49,094 bases of DNA from Prasinococcaceae sp. CCMP 1430 (lineage: Eukaryota; Plantae; Prasinodermophyta). The DNA lies in contig RQSC01000014.1 in assembly GCA_013416795.1 (NCBI GenBank), positions 57,920-107,013 on the forward strand. The letters are read 5' to 3'. A program made the position numbers and the translations under genes. Below the pieces are notes generated by a model. The model had not been told where the DNA came from. It did no database searches and saw only the letters and a list, made by a program, of their open reading frames with translations. Position 1 is the first letter of the stretch, and every line of letters begins with the position of its first letter. Shown in pieces: positions 1 through 11,397 of this stretch.

Positions 1-124
1 CGGGGGCGGCGCCGCGCCCGCGTGGCTGTTCGACGCCCGCGCCGATGCCCTCGCGGTACCCCCCCCCGAGGACGGCGCCGCAGCCGCGCGCGAGCGTGCC
101 TCCGGCCTTGGTGAGGACGCACGA

Positions 125-2426
125 ATGACCAGCGGCGACTTCGTGGACGCCGCGGGGGACTTCCTCAACAGCTTGGACACCAGCGCCGACCCAGGCGCGA
201 AGCCGCTTTCCGCGGAGGCGCCCCCGCCAACGGTGCAGGACGCGGAGAGGGACGCCGCAGGCGCAGATCCTGAGGAGGGCGCCGCAGAGGCGACGGAAGC
301 GGCGAATCCTCCGAGCGCAGCCGACCTCGCGTCCATCCGCGCGTCCACAGCCCCGCGCCGCGGCCCGCGCCACGCGGCGTCGCGCTTCCGTGGGGTGACG
401 TACTACCGGAAGACCGACCGCTGGGACGCGCACATCTGGCACGGTGGCAAACAGGTGTACCTCGGCGGGTGGGCAGACGAGAAGGAGGCGGCCGCCGCGT
501 ACGATCAGGCATGTCTAAAGTTCCGTGGCACCGCCGCCGAGCTCAACTTCGACGCGGGGAACTATCGGCAGACGCTGGAGACCGGCTCAAAGCTAAGCGA
601 GGACGACTTCGTGAAGGCCTTGCGCCGGCGCTCCCAGGGCTTCTCGCGCGGGCAGAGCCGCTTCCGCGGCATCACGCGCCACAAGTGCGGCCGCTGGGAG
701 GTGCGCATGGGGCAGTTCATGGGCAAGAAGTACAAGTACATCGGCCTGTACGACACGCAGGAGGAGGCGGCCAAGGCGTACGACAGCGCGGCCGTAAAGT
801 GGGCGGGGCCGAGGGCGGTGACGAACTTCCCGGCGCACGAGTACGGGGACGAGCTGCGGCAGTGGTCCTCGGGACCCGACCGCTCCGCGGCCTCTGAGGC
901 GGCTGTCAAAAAGGTGTGTGCACAGGTAGACAGCTCGTTACCGACGGCGCGCCCGCTCGTGCGCGCGTCGCGTGCGCAGCCGTTGCGTCGACGCGCGCAC
1001 TGCTAACACCCCCGAGCGCTCAGGCGAGCGCGGCGAAGCAGGCCCGGCGAAAGGCCAAGGCCTCTACCCTACAGCAGGCGGCAATGCACCAGCCGCAGCA
1101 ACAGCACTCGCACGATGCAACGGCGCAGCTGAGCGACTTTTCCTTCTGCACGAGCCCGGCGGAGACATATCTCAGCACGGTGAGCCGCCGCTCGTGCGCG
1201 TAGGCGCGCGGGCGCGGCCGGCCAGCCACTGCTCGCTCTTCGATCTTGGTCGCCGGGTCGAGTCAATGCGCGCCGCTGACGCCACCGCACGCCACCACCG
1301 GCACTCGCACGCACGCCCGCCCCACCCGCCGCTTCACTCGCTCCCTTGCAACGCACCATGCTCACAGCCCACCTCAAGGCAATACACAGGCCGGTGGGCG
1401 GGAGCGCACGCCATCCCGCCCGCCACACCGGAGGCTCGCCCGGCGATGCAGCAGCGTCCGTGCGTCAGCGTCGAGCTGCAGCACGCGCACGCCCCCTCCG
1501 TGTGGGGGAAACCTTTGGTTGGTCACGTTGTCAGCCCTCCGCCATCTGCGCGCGCGGCGCCATTGCGCCCGTCGGTCGCTCAACCACATCTCGCGAGCTC
1601 GCCGCTCTCGCATTCGAGCGAGCACCTGCGCTCAGAGACGAGCTCCGCCGTCGCCACGCGCATCAGCAGGCTCTTCGAGCGGGGCGTTGCATTCGGTCTG
1701 GCGCAAGGCAGTGGGGCGCTCAACAGCACTCATACGAGAGCTGGTGGCATCGGAGATACGTCCCCGCTGCCGCGCGACATTCAGACAACGCAGCGCGGAC
1801 ATGCGCCACCGCCGATCGACGCCCCCACCGCGTCGCTTCCTCCCCTGGACCTGAACGCGCGCGGTTTCAGCTGGAAGGATTTCCCAATCATGCCGCTCTC
1901 CCCAGGTGCGCTCTCCAAGGGCGCGCATACCCCGGTGCCACTTTTACGCATGGACTCCCTCGGCTCGCTGCTGGATTCACACACGAGCGAGGGCGAGGCA
2001 GCACTGACAGCAATGCTGTTGGCATCACCAACTCTGGCATCGCCCAGGCTGTATGACGCCATGCAAGGCGACTCGCTCGATCGTGGCCACGCACAGCTCG
2101 GCCTGGCACGCGACGAGACGGACGCGCGCACGCCGTTGCACGCAGCCTCGCCCCAAGCCTTGGAGGCTCCAGCGGTCGGTCGTAACAAGCGGCGTGCAGT
2201 CGAGGCGTCGCTCGCGTCCCTGGAGGCGCTCGACGGAAGGGCGGCTCGCGCGCCCAGACTGGGAGAGTGCGGGGGGCTGGGGAGGGGGTGCCAGCAGCAG
2301 GCGGCTGAAGCCCGAAGAGGGCGCACGCCTGCGCCCCCAGAGGACGCTCCCCGTACGCCCTGCGCCGCAAATGCGCCGGTGAGCGCCAGCGCTGCCAGGG
2401 CAATGCGGCCAGCGGCGGGCGGATGA
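125..2426 (+). CDS. Double AP2-domain transcription factor, euAP2 (APETALA2/TOE)-like. Exons 125-913, 1024-1179, 1368-2426
   Basis: Two AP2 repeats (SRFRGVT...WDAHIWHGGKQVYLGG...AYD...LNF; linker LRRRSQGFSRGQS; RFRGITRHKCGRWEVRMGQFMGKKYKYIGLYDT...VTNF). Donors AAG|GTGTGT (914) and ACG|GTGAGC (1180), branch GCTAAC near 1002, acceptors CAG at 1023 and 1367 give an in-frame join. Exon 3 boundary is less certain. Confidence 0.9.
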
Positions 2427-2777
2427 GTCGAGCACGGGACCCGCTTCCGGTGTGTGCACATGTGCGCGCACATGCTAGAGGCGGGGACCGCAGAGATCAA
2501 GGGAGATGGCCCGGAAGATGCGGAGCGATCACATCGAGATGCTAGTGTGGCGAGGTGAGGTGTCGTGCAGCACACTTCACGCAACATATTTAAGTTTTTT
2601 ATATTTGTATGCGCAGGGTGGCCAGCCAGCTATGCAGCCGCAGCCAGCCTGCGCGGGAGTGCGGCAAAGGCCGAGCGTGGAGACTTCGGGCACGAGCGCG
2701 CAAATAGAAAGGTCGCTGGCGACACTCTAGCGAGAGGAAGGGGGGGGGCGAAGGATTCGGCGTCAGCGACCTCGTCG

Positions 2778-2778
<1 letters not shown>

Positions 2779-2816
<38 letters not shown>
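2779..2816 (+). repeat. Poly-G tract (38 G)
   Basis: Directly visible, between the convergent AP2 and TspO-like genes. Confidence 0.9.
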
Positions 2817-2817
<1 letters not shown>

Positions 2818-2867
2818 ATACAGGGACGTTGAAAGTGGTAGAGCACGGAGGGCAGCGGCTCGCCTCG

Positions 2868-3958
2868 TCACATGGCCGACGCGTCGAACTGCGCGAGAGG
2901 AGGCCCAGCGCGCGCATAGGCGCAGCCGCGCGCCGTGCGGAAGGCCAGGCCGACGATGGCCACGGCCACAAGACAAATCCCTGCCACGCATGTCAACCAC
3001 ACGGCCATGTAGCTCGAGCGGTTGTTTTCTGCGATGGCCGCGAGCGCCCAGATGGTGGTCGCTCCCCACGCCCCGTCCTTGTAGACCATGATCATCGCCA
3101 CGGCGCCGGCGGTGGCCACACCGGCGAGAACTGCGCCGACGCTCTGGAGCGTGCCCTCCGCCATACCAAACGACTTGAGCGCGATGCAAGTCTGCACGGA
3201 GCACGCCGCAACGAGCCACGCGCCGTTGATGGAGGTGGGCAGTGACAGGGTCAAGAACGAGAGCTTGCTGAAGCCATCCTTTAGCGTGGCGCGTGCGCCG
3301 GCCAGCTGTACGCCCGTATACGAAGCGAACACGACCGCGGCGAAAATGAGGGCCAGGCAGATACCGAAGCGCTCCTGGTTAGGTTTCGCGCGAGCGCGAG
3401 CGAGTGGGCGGTTGCGCGCGTCAGCGCGTTGACGTCATGGGCTACAGGGTAGCGAGGGGCGCATTCGCGCGCGCGCGCAAAAAAGAGGCGCGAGCTGGGA
3501 GCGGGGGCAGGGGCGCCGCCTCTACCGCCTGTCGGCCCCCACCCCTGCCCTATGAGTGAACACACACTGTGCGGTCAGCGGCGCCTCACCTTGGCGAAGC
3601 CAATCTGCCAGAAGCACTGGCTGGCCCACACGCCCTCGATCCAAAGGCCTGCGTGCACCGCTTTCTCCTTCTCCAGCGAAGCCGAGCCGTAGTTGATGGG
3701 CAGCAACGCATAGGCGGCGCCGGCGCCTTGCAGCAGGAAGATGATGCCCCAGATGGAGAAGGCCCACCCGGCGGGCGTAATGGGCACGGGCCACTCCGCG
3801 CTCACCTCGGCGTTCGTCTTGCCGAACCACCCCAGGTTCGAGCCCACGTTGACAGCGATGAGCCCAGCGTACGCGAGGACGTGCACAACGCGCAGCGCGA
3901 GCGACACGCGCACGACGCCAGGTGCCGCCGCGAGCTGCGAGTACGCAGCGGGCGCCAT
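2868..3958 (-). CDS. Multi-pass membrane protein, TspO/MBR-related 'tryptophan-rich sensory protein'-like. Exons 3958-3590, 3374-2868 (about 291 aa)
   Basis: Motif NAEVSAEWPVPITPAGWAFSIWGIIFLLQ, WxxxQCFWQ and several hydrophobic helices. Donor AAG|GTGAGG and acceptor CCAG|GAG join ORFs 3575..4093 and 2868..3332 in frame. Confidence 0.65.
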
Positions 3959-4489
3959 GGCGCGCGTGGCCGCGTCGCGCGTCGCGTGAGGCGCGGGCGG
4001 GTCGGGAGGAATGCTCCGCGAGCGCCCCCCTCGCGTCTCGCGCGCGGTGTGGCGCCGCACCCCCAAGCTCTGCGCCTTCCCACGCCTATCCACACTCAGC
4101 GGGCGCCGCGCGGGCGCTGCGCCGCAACAGCCGGCCGGGCGCAGTAGCTTTGATGGAAAAACTTTCTGTGTATAGGGTAAATGTCGATCAGGGTTTGATT
4201 TTTGATGGTATTTTCGATGTTTTTTACGTTGGAGAAGATCCGTTGACGGTGGTGGGGTTGGGGTTGGCCCCCCAGAGCGCGCGCACGCAGGTCAACGTGG
4301 GTATGTGCGCCACACACCGCGCGGGCGCGCGCGCGCGGGCGCCTGCTGCGTGGCGCCTCGGCTTAGCCGGCGGGGAGGAGATGGCCGCAGGTGCGTCGCG
4401 CGGTGGCACCGCGGAGCGGAGCCTCGCGAGAGAGGGGCGATGGGAGGAGAGCTGCAACGTACGCACAGAGCGCCGGCCGCGCGTTTTGA

Positions 4490-7400
4490 ATGCCGATGCG
4501 AACGCAAGCGTCCGCGGCGCGCACTGTGACTGACGCCACGGCGGCGGGCGCGCTGGCGCCCCGCGGGCTCCCCCGGCGCACACGCGGTGGCGTGCGCGCA
4601 GTCTCGGGCGCACACAGGCGCCGACAGTGGCAGAGGGACGGCGCGGGCATTGGCGGGGATGCGGCGGCGGGCGAGGACTATCCGCTGCGTGAGCTCGGGC
4701 GTGAATTGCACGCCGCCGACGCGCGCCTCGCCCACGTGTACGACGATGAAGCGCCGCTCCGGGAGCGAGCTGCGCTGCGCGGGTGCTCGCGGGGCGGCGG
4801 CGGAGGTGGCGGTGGTAGCGCGAGGGCTAGAAACGGCGCGGTGCTCCAGGGCGGCGGCTATGCGGGACAGGGCGAGCGCTCGCTATCTGCTGGCGGTGCC
4901 CACCAGTCGAGGCTCCAGCAGCCAACGCGGATCGGCGGCAAGAAGGCGCTCACGGCCGAGGAGCTGGCGCACCGCGAGGCGGGCTTCAACACCATGCTGA
5001 GCGGTGCCAACGAGGAACGTGTGAACGATCACCTGCGTCGCCTCAAACAGCGCATGGTCACGAGCGCGGGCACGCGGAAACGCGCGGCGAGTGCGCCGCG
5101 TAGGAGGAACTGGGATGCGCCGCGGCAGTCGGTCGAGCTGGCGTCCGACACGAGAAAGGCGCCAAGGGGCCCGCCGCCCCCTGTTCCGCTTGTCGAGCTG
5201 GCTCGACGACCGGGGCAGCACCCAGTCTCCAAGCCGCGCAAGCGCTGGGACGAGACACCGCAGACGGCTCACCCCCCGCTCGCGCAGCGACCCGGATCGG
5301 TGCTTCCGAGCCGCGAGCAGGTGCTCTCGCGAGCCGAGGCCGAACCCGAGCACGAGATCGAGCACGGACATGAAAACGGGACGGGCCCAGAGTCCGAATC
5401 CAGTCCAGCTTCGCATTCCGTCGGCGAAGACAGCCACGATGACCTGCCCATGATGGCCTCGGCCGTTTTCAATGATGACCTGCCCGAGGCGCCGCGAGCA
5501 AACGATGGCGGGCTCGAAAGTGATGCAGAGGAGCCGGCCATCGCACCAGAAAGGATCAGCGAGGAAGACATAAGCTTGCTGAGAGCGTCCATTACAGACC
5601 TTCAGACTGTCGGCGCACTGCCGGACGAGCCCATCGAGGAGGTGGTGGAAGATATTGGCGGTGGACTCGAGGACGCCGGCGTCGCGGCCGCGCCGGCGCC
5701 TTTGAGCGCGCTTGACGATGACATACCCGAGGAGGTCGACGAAGGCTTCGTCAAGGACGACGATTCGAACGACATCGATGAGGCGTTTGAACGAGCTGGG
5801 AGCGGCGACCACGTCCAAGAACCGAGGATGATGTCGGCATCAAGGGTTGGGTCAGGGCGCCCGACGCTGTCGGGCACGCCGGCGAGGTCAACGCGCGTGC
5901 TCTCCGCCGCGCGAAAGAGGCCAGCATCGTCGCAGCCGCGAACGAAGACCCCGCAGGACGTGTCATCGCTGCGCGCTGCTCTCGCTCGCGAGAATCGTGC
6001 AGCATCTGCTTCGAGAGCGACGGGTCGCGTCACGCGGGCTGCTCCCGCATCACGTGAGAGTGTGCGCTCACAGACAGCGACGGCCAGCATCAAGCAGCGG
6101 GGGCAGCAGCAGCATCGTGGCGGTGGCGAGAGCGTGTCGCACGAGGAGAAGATAGCGTCTGTGTACTCGCCCCTCTCTGCGGGCGCGCGCGGTCTGGAGA
6201 AGTCGCCCGAGACGCGGAAGGAACACCGCATGCCCACCGCGCCTGCACCGAGCGTCGCGAAGCCCAGAGTGCACATCCCTAGGCTCAATCCGAAGCCAGC
6301 TGCCTCATCTCCGCCGGCAGGCGCGCCTGGCGCGCTCGCCACGCCGAGGGGTGACGCTCTCGTTTCGGCTCTGCAAGACAGGGTGCACAAGCTCGAACCC
6401 TCAAGGCAGCGCACGCTCTTCAAGCTGCTCGAGAAGCTTGACCGTGTCAACGAGGCTGGGATGGATGTTTCAGCAATCTTTGAGAGCGCATTGCAAGAGA
6501 AGGATCTCATGGTAGTCAGCAAGGCCGCCACACAGGCACCGCCAAAAGAGCATACGCCAGCTTTCGTTGGCGCCAGTGACGCGGGCGCAAGGGTGGCTCC
6601 AGCGAAATCGCTGATTGATGAGCGCGCTCTGAGTTCGGCGGAGGCGTCGGGTCCCCAGCGATCGGCTAAAAAGATCTTCCGCATCGAGGTGGCGTCGACG
6701 TGGGGCGGTGGGCGAGCTGTTGGACTTACGGCGATTGAAGTTTTCGACGCCGCCGGCAAGGCTCTCCGAACGCGCGTCTTCGCTGGAGGGGTGAAAGCCG
6801 TGATGGTGCCACAGCTGAGCAATGGGCACTGTCGCACCACTGCTGCCGCGCACATGTGGCTTGGAACCCTGGGTCCACCAACTTCGGCAAAGTCAGGGTT
6901 CCGCAAGCGAATGGAGATTAAAGTGATCGTGGATGTGGGCGAAAGCAGACATGCCACCCGCATGCGGCTGTGGAACTACAATCGCAGCGTGGCCGATACC
7001 GCCAAGGGCATCAAAGACGTGCGTGTCGTCGACCAGGACGACGACTGCCGCGTCGTATTCCAAGGGACAGTTCAGAAGGGCTGTGGCAATGCGCAATTCG
7101 ACTACGCGACCGAATTTCGGCTGGATGGTGCCCCGTCACCGAGTTCTATCAGCGTGGAAGCGCTGGTAGACCCACCCACGAGAGCCAAAGCCACTCCCAC
7201 GGCAAGCATTAAACGCGCCGCCTCGGCGGGCCCAGCTGGCAAGTCAGCGCGGGCAGCCACGCATGACAGCCCGAGCGCGAAGGAGAACGTCAAGCAGGAC
7301 GTCAAGCTGGCTATGCGCAAGTCAGCCAAACGGGTTGGGGCCACTCGGGCTGCCTCTGCGAGCGCCGCAAGCAAGTCCGCCAAGTCGACGACGTCCCGCG

Positions 7401-10400
7401 ATGCCGCTGACGGGCACGACGTCAAGCAGGCCATGCGCAAATCCGCCGAACGTGTGGCGGCGGTTCGAGCTACCTCGGCGGGGGGTGGCAGCCAGCATTC
7501 TCGGATTGGATTAAGCGAGAGCGTCGACGGCAATCGAGCGACGCGCAAGCTCTACCAAGGCGCGGGTGCATCACCGAGCTCCCCTCCGAAGCAGTCAGTG
7601 ACGCGAACGTCGTCCCAGAGTGCCGAAGAAACAGCCACAGAAGCGCACAAGGCTACGGACGGCAAAATCAAGCGTCCACAGTCGAGGACCACATCTGGTG
7701 AGAGTGTTGGAAGCAAGCACGCGGGCGCGCGGGTGTCCACCGGGGGCGCGTCGGGGCGGCCTACGCTTGAAATGCGGCGCAGCGAGGCGGATGCCGCGCG
7801 CGAGCGCGCTGTGTCGGCGCGTCGGCGCGCTGAAGAGGCCAAACTGCGTGCCCGTGAGGAGGAGGATCGTGAGCGCAAGGCGCGGGTGCGAAAGATGAAT
7901 GCCGACGCCGAGAAGGCCAAACGCGCCGCCGCGACAGATGGTGTGGTGCCGTCGTGGCTGGGCGCAGTGCCGAAAACACATGCGAATGCAGCGACGCCGT
8001 CTCCCAAGGGCAAGGTGGTCACTGCGACTGAGACGTCCTCACCGAAGCGAAAGCCGAAGAGAGCTGTGTCCGCCGGGCGGCGAGCGACGTCGGCAGTGCG
8101 GGGGCCCGCACCACTGCAACCCGCCGACAAGCCTGCCCAGTCAAAGTCTAGGAGGAGTATGGGAGCCGTCGAAACACACGCCGCTGCAGGCACCCCGGCG
8201 TTGCAGGCTGCAGCTAGTGAAGGCCCCAAGAAGACCGAGGAGGTAGCAGTCTCAGTAGGCGGTGTTGAAGCCTCATCTGAAGAGCCCGCATCTGTATCAG
8301 TGAAGCCTCTCCGGCGTGAGGCCGACGCCCTCAACGCGTCCCTGGACTCCCTCCAGTACTTTGCAAGGACGCAGGCAGGCCGGCTTTCAGGTCGTGGCAA
8401 AGGGCAGTCAGCGGCGGATGTTGCGGCCGCTGTTGCGAGCGAGACAACTCCACCTGAGGTAGACGCACTCACGCTTCTAGTGTCTTCGCCCTCGAAGGAG
8501 CCCGAGGAGCTCCCGAGGCCACCGCAAGTGCCCTCATCGCTCGCTAGTGAGGTCTCCACGTTCGGCGTAGACGGCGATCCGCCGCCGCTCGCCCATGCGT
8601 CATCCGCGAGGCGCCCGGAGTTGTCAAAGTGGCCGCTGCCGAAGAACGACCAGCCCGACGAAGCCTCGGCGATGGGGGCGACGATTGCTGAGGCTGACAA
8701 CGCTCAGATGGAGCAACCGCAGAGAGCCGCGAGCACCGACGCCACCCCAGCCGAGCCCACCATTTCTGATGATGAAGTCGCGGAGGTCATGCGCGAATTC
8801 GACGATGACGGGCCTGCTGGCGCGCCGACGAACAGCAGCAAGCAGCCATCGCCGGCGAAGGTCGTACCTGCAGACGATGTCATGGCTGACAGTGAATTCG
8901 AGGAGGCAATACGCGAATTCGACATCGAAGAGCCTGGCGCGGTTGAGGAGCCCTCGGACTCGGCACTCGCAGCGATGGCGGCAGCCGCGTTTAGCGCAAG
9001 CGAATCCGACCCCGCGGCGGCTGAGGGCGCATCCACGGGGGGCGAAGCCGTCGCAGATGGAAATGCCGTTGTCATTCCCAGCGAACCTCGTGGTCAGACG
9101 CTTGAGCTGGTGATCCACAGCACGTGGGGTGACAGCCACTACGTGGGCCTCGCGGGCATCGAAATATTCGACGCGAGCGGTTCGCTGCTCGCCTTTGCCG
9201 ACAGCAAGGCGGCGGTCTCGGCGTCGCCCGCCGACATCAACGAGCTCGAGGAGTACTCAGACGATCCACGCACGCCGGAAAAGCTCCTCGACGGTACCAA
9301 TGCAACCAGTGACGACATGCACGTGTGGTTGGCGCCACATGTGCCAGGCGAGGCCAACCGTGTGACGATCACGTTCGACGCGCCCACGACACTTGGCTGC
9401 GTTCGCGTCTTCAACTACAACAAGAACCGCATCCATGCGGCGCGAGGTGCAAGGCATGTGGCGATGCTCCTCGATGGCGAGCTGATCTTTTGCGGCGAGC
9501 TCGAGAAGGCAAGTGGACTCGCTCTCGACGCGCTGGACCGCGCGACGTGCGTCCTTTTCACAGACTCGGAGGCAGCACTCGACGCAATCGAGCGACGCGA
9601 CGAGGAGACTACGTCTGTGCTGCGCGATCAGGCACAGGGTGAGGACATGGACACTCTCGAGGCCGCCGCTGAGTCTCTCGAGCTCGTCGAGAATGTGGCC
9701 CCGTCGGCGCCCGCGCGCGTTGGAGCCGACGGTAGGCCGATGACCTCGGCCTCGCGCGCGCCGCCGCCGCTCTCGTGGAAGTCAGGAGCCGAGCACGCGG
9801 CGGGAGCCGCCGCTAACACTGGCGATGAGGCAGCCACGGGTGCCGCCGAAGTGGTTGCGGTTCCCGTGGATCGATCCAACGGCGCTGCGGAGGACAACGA
9901 TGACGTGCTCGTTGGCTCTGTGCTGCGCTTCGAGTTGATGAGTACGTGGGGCGACAAGTACTACTGCGGCCTGACCGAGATTGAGCTGCTTGATCCGTCA
10001 GGCGAGTCGATCGAAGTGCCTAGCGACGCCGTGCGCTGCGTGCCCGCCGATCTCAACATCATCCCGGGCTACTCAGGCGACGACCGCACAGCAGACAAGT
10101 TGGTTGACGGGACGCGCGTGACAGAAGACGACCATCACATGTGGCTCGCGCTGTGGCAGTACAACGGTGCGACGGAGCACTTCGTGGAGATCAAATTGCC
10201 ACACCCGGCAGCAGTGGCCGCAGCGCGCGTGTGGAACTACAACAAGTCTACGGCGGACACGTATCGCGGCGTAAAGGAGGTGCGCGTGACGCTCGACGGC
10301 CAGAGTCTGGGCACGCATTGCGTTCGCAAGGCGCCGGGTACGAGCGCCTTCAACTTCGGCCAGACGCTGCGCTTCTATCCATCCGGCGCTGAACTGCAGC

Positions 10401-11140
10401 GCACCGAGCGCATCGACGCCGCCTTCGCATCGGCGGCCACGCGCGTGGCTGCGGGGGGCAAGGGCTGCAATCACAACAGCGCCGTGCGGCAGGCATACGA
10501 CACGCCTCTCCTCCCATGCGGTTACGTTTTGTGCGTGGAACTGCACGGCACGCACGGTGATCCTTACTACGTCGGGATTGATGGCATCGAGCTGCTCGAC
10601 GCCACTGGTGAGCGCATCGACCTATCCGAGGCCACCGCCAGCGCGAGCGTGAGCGTACGCTCGCTTCCGGGCCACGGCGCTGATGCGCGCACCGCCGACA
10701 AGGCCATCGACGGCGTCGTGGGCGATCGCTCTGGCGCGCACTCCTGGCTCGCGCCGACGGTCGCAGACGACCCGCCGCGTTTGTGGGTGGCGTTCGACTC
10801 GCCAGTGACGCTCGCGGGCGTGCGCCTTTGGAACTACTCAAAGACGCCCGCGCGTGGCGCTGAGCAGGTTGATATCTCCCTCGACGGCGCAACTGTCTAC
10901 CAAGGGTACCTGCGCGAGGCGGCGCCGGCGCCTGCTCCACCTCGCTCGCAGGCGGTCGTGCTCACGAACGAGCCCAAGCTCGTTGAGATGCTGCGTGGCG
11001 AGGTGCACACGGTGGAAGATGAGCCCAGCGTCATGCTCTTCGACGAGACAGCACCCAAGGAGGCTACCGGCAAGATCCTCGCCAAGCTTGCAGCTGCGCG
11101 CGGCGGCGCAGCCGTCAGGCCGGGCACCGCGCTGCGCTGA
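4490..11140 (+). CDS. KATNIP: Katanin-interacting protein (KIAA0556) homolog, ciliary basal-body protein with DUF4457 modules
   Basis: 2216-aa single ORF with four modules of pattern (S/T)WG..YVGL.GIE..D...H.WL...R(L/V)WNY(N/S)...RG.K.V, plus an N-terminal EAGFNTMLSGAN motif. Exact start (4490/4496) uncertain. Confidence 0.88.
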   Translation: MPMRTQASAARTVTDATAAGALAPRGLPRRTRGGVRAVSGAHRRRQWQRDGAGIGGDAAAGEDYPLRELGRELHAADARLAHVYDDEAPLRERAALRGCSRGGGGGGGGSARARNGAVLQGGGYAGQGERSLSAGGAHQSRLQQPTRIGGKKALTAEELAHREAGFNTMLSGANEERVNDHLRRLKQRMVTSAGTRKRAASAPRRRNWDAPRQSVELASDTRKAPRGPPPPVPLVELARRPGQHPVSKPRKRWDETPQTAHPPLAQRPGSVLPSREQVLSRAEAEPEHEIEHGHENGTGPESESSPASHSVGEDSHDDLPMMASAVFNDDLPEAPRANDGGLESDAEEPAIAPERISEEDISLLRASITDLQTVGALPDEPIEEVVEDIGGGLEDAGVAAAPAPLSALDDDIPEEVDEGFVKDDDSNDIDEAFERAGSGDHVQEPRMMSASRVGSGRPTLSGTPARSTRVLSAARKRPASSQPRTKTPQDVSSLRAALARENRAASASRATGRVTRAAPASRESVRSQTATASIKQRGQQQHRGGGESVSHEEKIASVYSPLSAGARGLEKSPETRKEHRMPTAPAPSVAKPRVHIPRLNPKPAASSPPAGAPGALATPRGDALVSALQDRVHKLEPSRQRTLFKLLEKLDRVNEAGMDVSAIFESALQEKDLMVVSKAATQAPPKEHTPAFVGASDAGARVAPAKSLIDERALSSAEASGPQRSAKKIFRIEVASTWGGGRAVGLTAIEVFDAAGKALRTRVFAGGVKAVMVPQLSNGHCRTTAAAHMWLGTLGPPTSAKSGFRKRMEIKVIVDVGESRHATRMRLWNYNRSVADTAKGIKDVRVVDQDDDCRVVFQGTVQKGCGNAQFDYATEFRLDGAPSPSSISVEALVDPPTRAKATPTASIKRAASAGPAGKSARAATHDSPSAKENVKQDVKLAMRKSAKRVGATRAASASAASKSAKSTTSRDAADGHDVKQAMRKSAERVAAVRATSAGGGSQHSRIGLSESVDGNRATRKLYQGAGASPSSPPKQSVTRTSSQSAEETATEAHKATDGKIKRPQSRTTSGESVGSKHAGARVSTGGASGRPTLEMRRSEADAARERAVSARRRAEEAKLRAREEEDRERKARVRKMNADAEKAKRAAATDGVVPSWLGAVPKTHANAATPSPKGKVVTATETSSPKRKPKRAVSAGRRATSAVRGPAPLQPADKPAQSKSRRSMGAVETHAAAGTPALQAAASEGPKKTEEVAVSVGGVEASSEEPASVSVKPLRREADALNASLDSLQYFARTQAGRLSGRGKGQSAADVAAAVASETTPPEVDALTLLVSSPSKEPEELPRPPQVPSSLASEVSTFGVDGDPPPLAHASSARRPELSKWPLPKNDQPDEASAMGATIAEADNAQMEQPQRAASTDATPAEPTISDDEVAEVMREFDDDGPAGAPTNSSKQPSPAKVVPADDVMADSEFEEAIREFDIEEPGAVEEPSDSALAAMAAAAFSASESDPAAAEGASTGGEAVADGNAVVIPSEPRGQTLELVIHSTWGDSHYVGLAGIEIFDASGSLLAFADSKAAVSASPADINELEEYSDDPRTPEKLLDGTNATSDDMHVWLAPHVPGEANRVTITFDAPTTLGCVRVFNYNKNRIHAARGARHVAMLLDGELIFCGELEKASGLALDALDRATCVLFTDSEAALDAIERRDEETTSVLRDQAQGEDMDTLEAAAESLELVENVAPSAPARVGADGRPMTSASRAPPPLSWKSGAEHAAGAAANTGDEAATGAAEVVAVPVDRSNGAAEDNDDVLVGSVLRFELMSTWGDKYYCGLTEIELLDPSGESIEVPSDAVRCVPADLNIIPGYSGDDRTADKLVDGTRVTEDDHHMWLALWQYNGATEHFVEIKLPHPAAVAAARVWNYNKSTADTYRGVKEVRVTLDGQSLGTHCVRKAPGTSAFNFGQTLRFYPSGAELQRTERIDAAFASAATRVAAGGKGCNHNSAVRQAYDTPLLPCGYVLCVELHGTHGDPYYVGIDGIELLDATGERIDLSEATASASVSVRSLPGHGADARTADKAIDGVVGDRSGAHSWLAPTVADDPPRLWVAFDSPVTLAGVRLWNYSKTPARGAEQVDISLDGATVYQGYLREAAPAPAPPRSQAVVLTNEPKLVEMLRGEVHTVEDEPSVMLFDETAPKEATGKILAKLAAARGGAAVRPGTALR

Positions 11141-11397
11141 GCCACGCCAAAGCATCGCGCAGTCGCGCCGCGCGGAGACGCGATCGCCCCCATGGTCGCC
11201 GATGCGACCCTGTGACACTAACTATGTGTACATTCACAACAAATGTAAAATTCCTCGTCGTGCCAGACGCGATGGTGCACACACCTTCGGGCGCGTGGCC
11301 ACTCATAGTAGAACGGTTCGTGTTCTTATCAATCGTCACACTGCGGGCAGCACCTCGGCTTGGAGAGCGCCCTGTCGCCCGCGACTCCGCCACCCGC

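Noticed and set aside
2565-3245. ORFs with poly-Gly/poly-Pro (also 24075-24713, 44254-44754)
   Set aside because: They are translations of G/C homopolymer tracts and antisense frames, not proteins.
5602-8700. Long antisense ORFs opposite KATNIP (and opposite CCDC40, TAF5, LETM1)
   Set aside because: Expected shadow ORFs from high GC3 codon bias; no recognisable domains.
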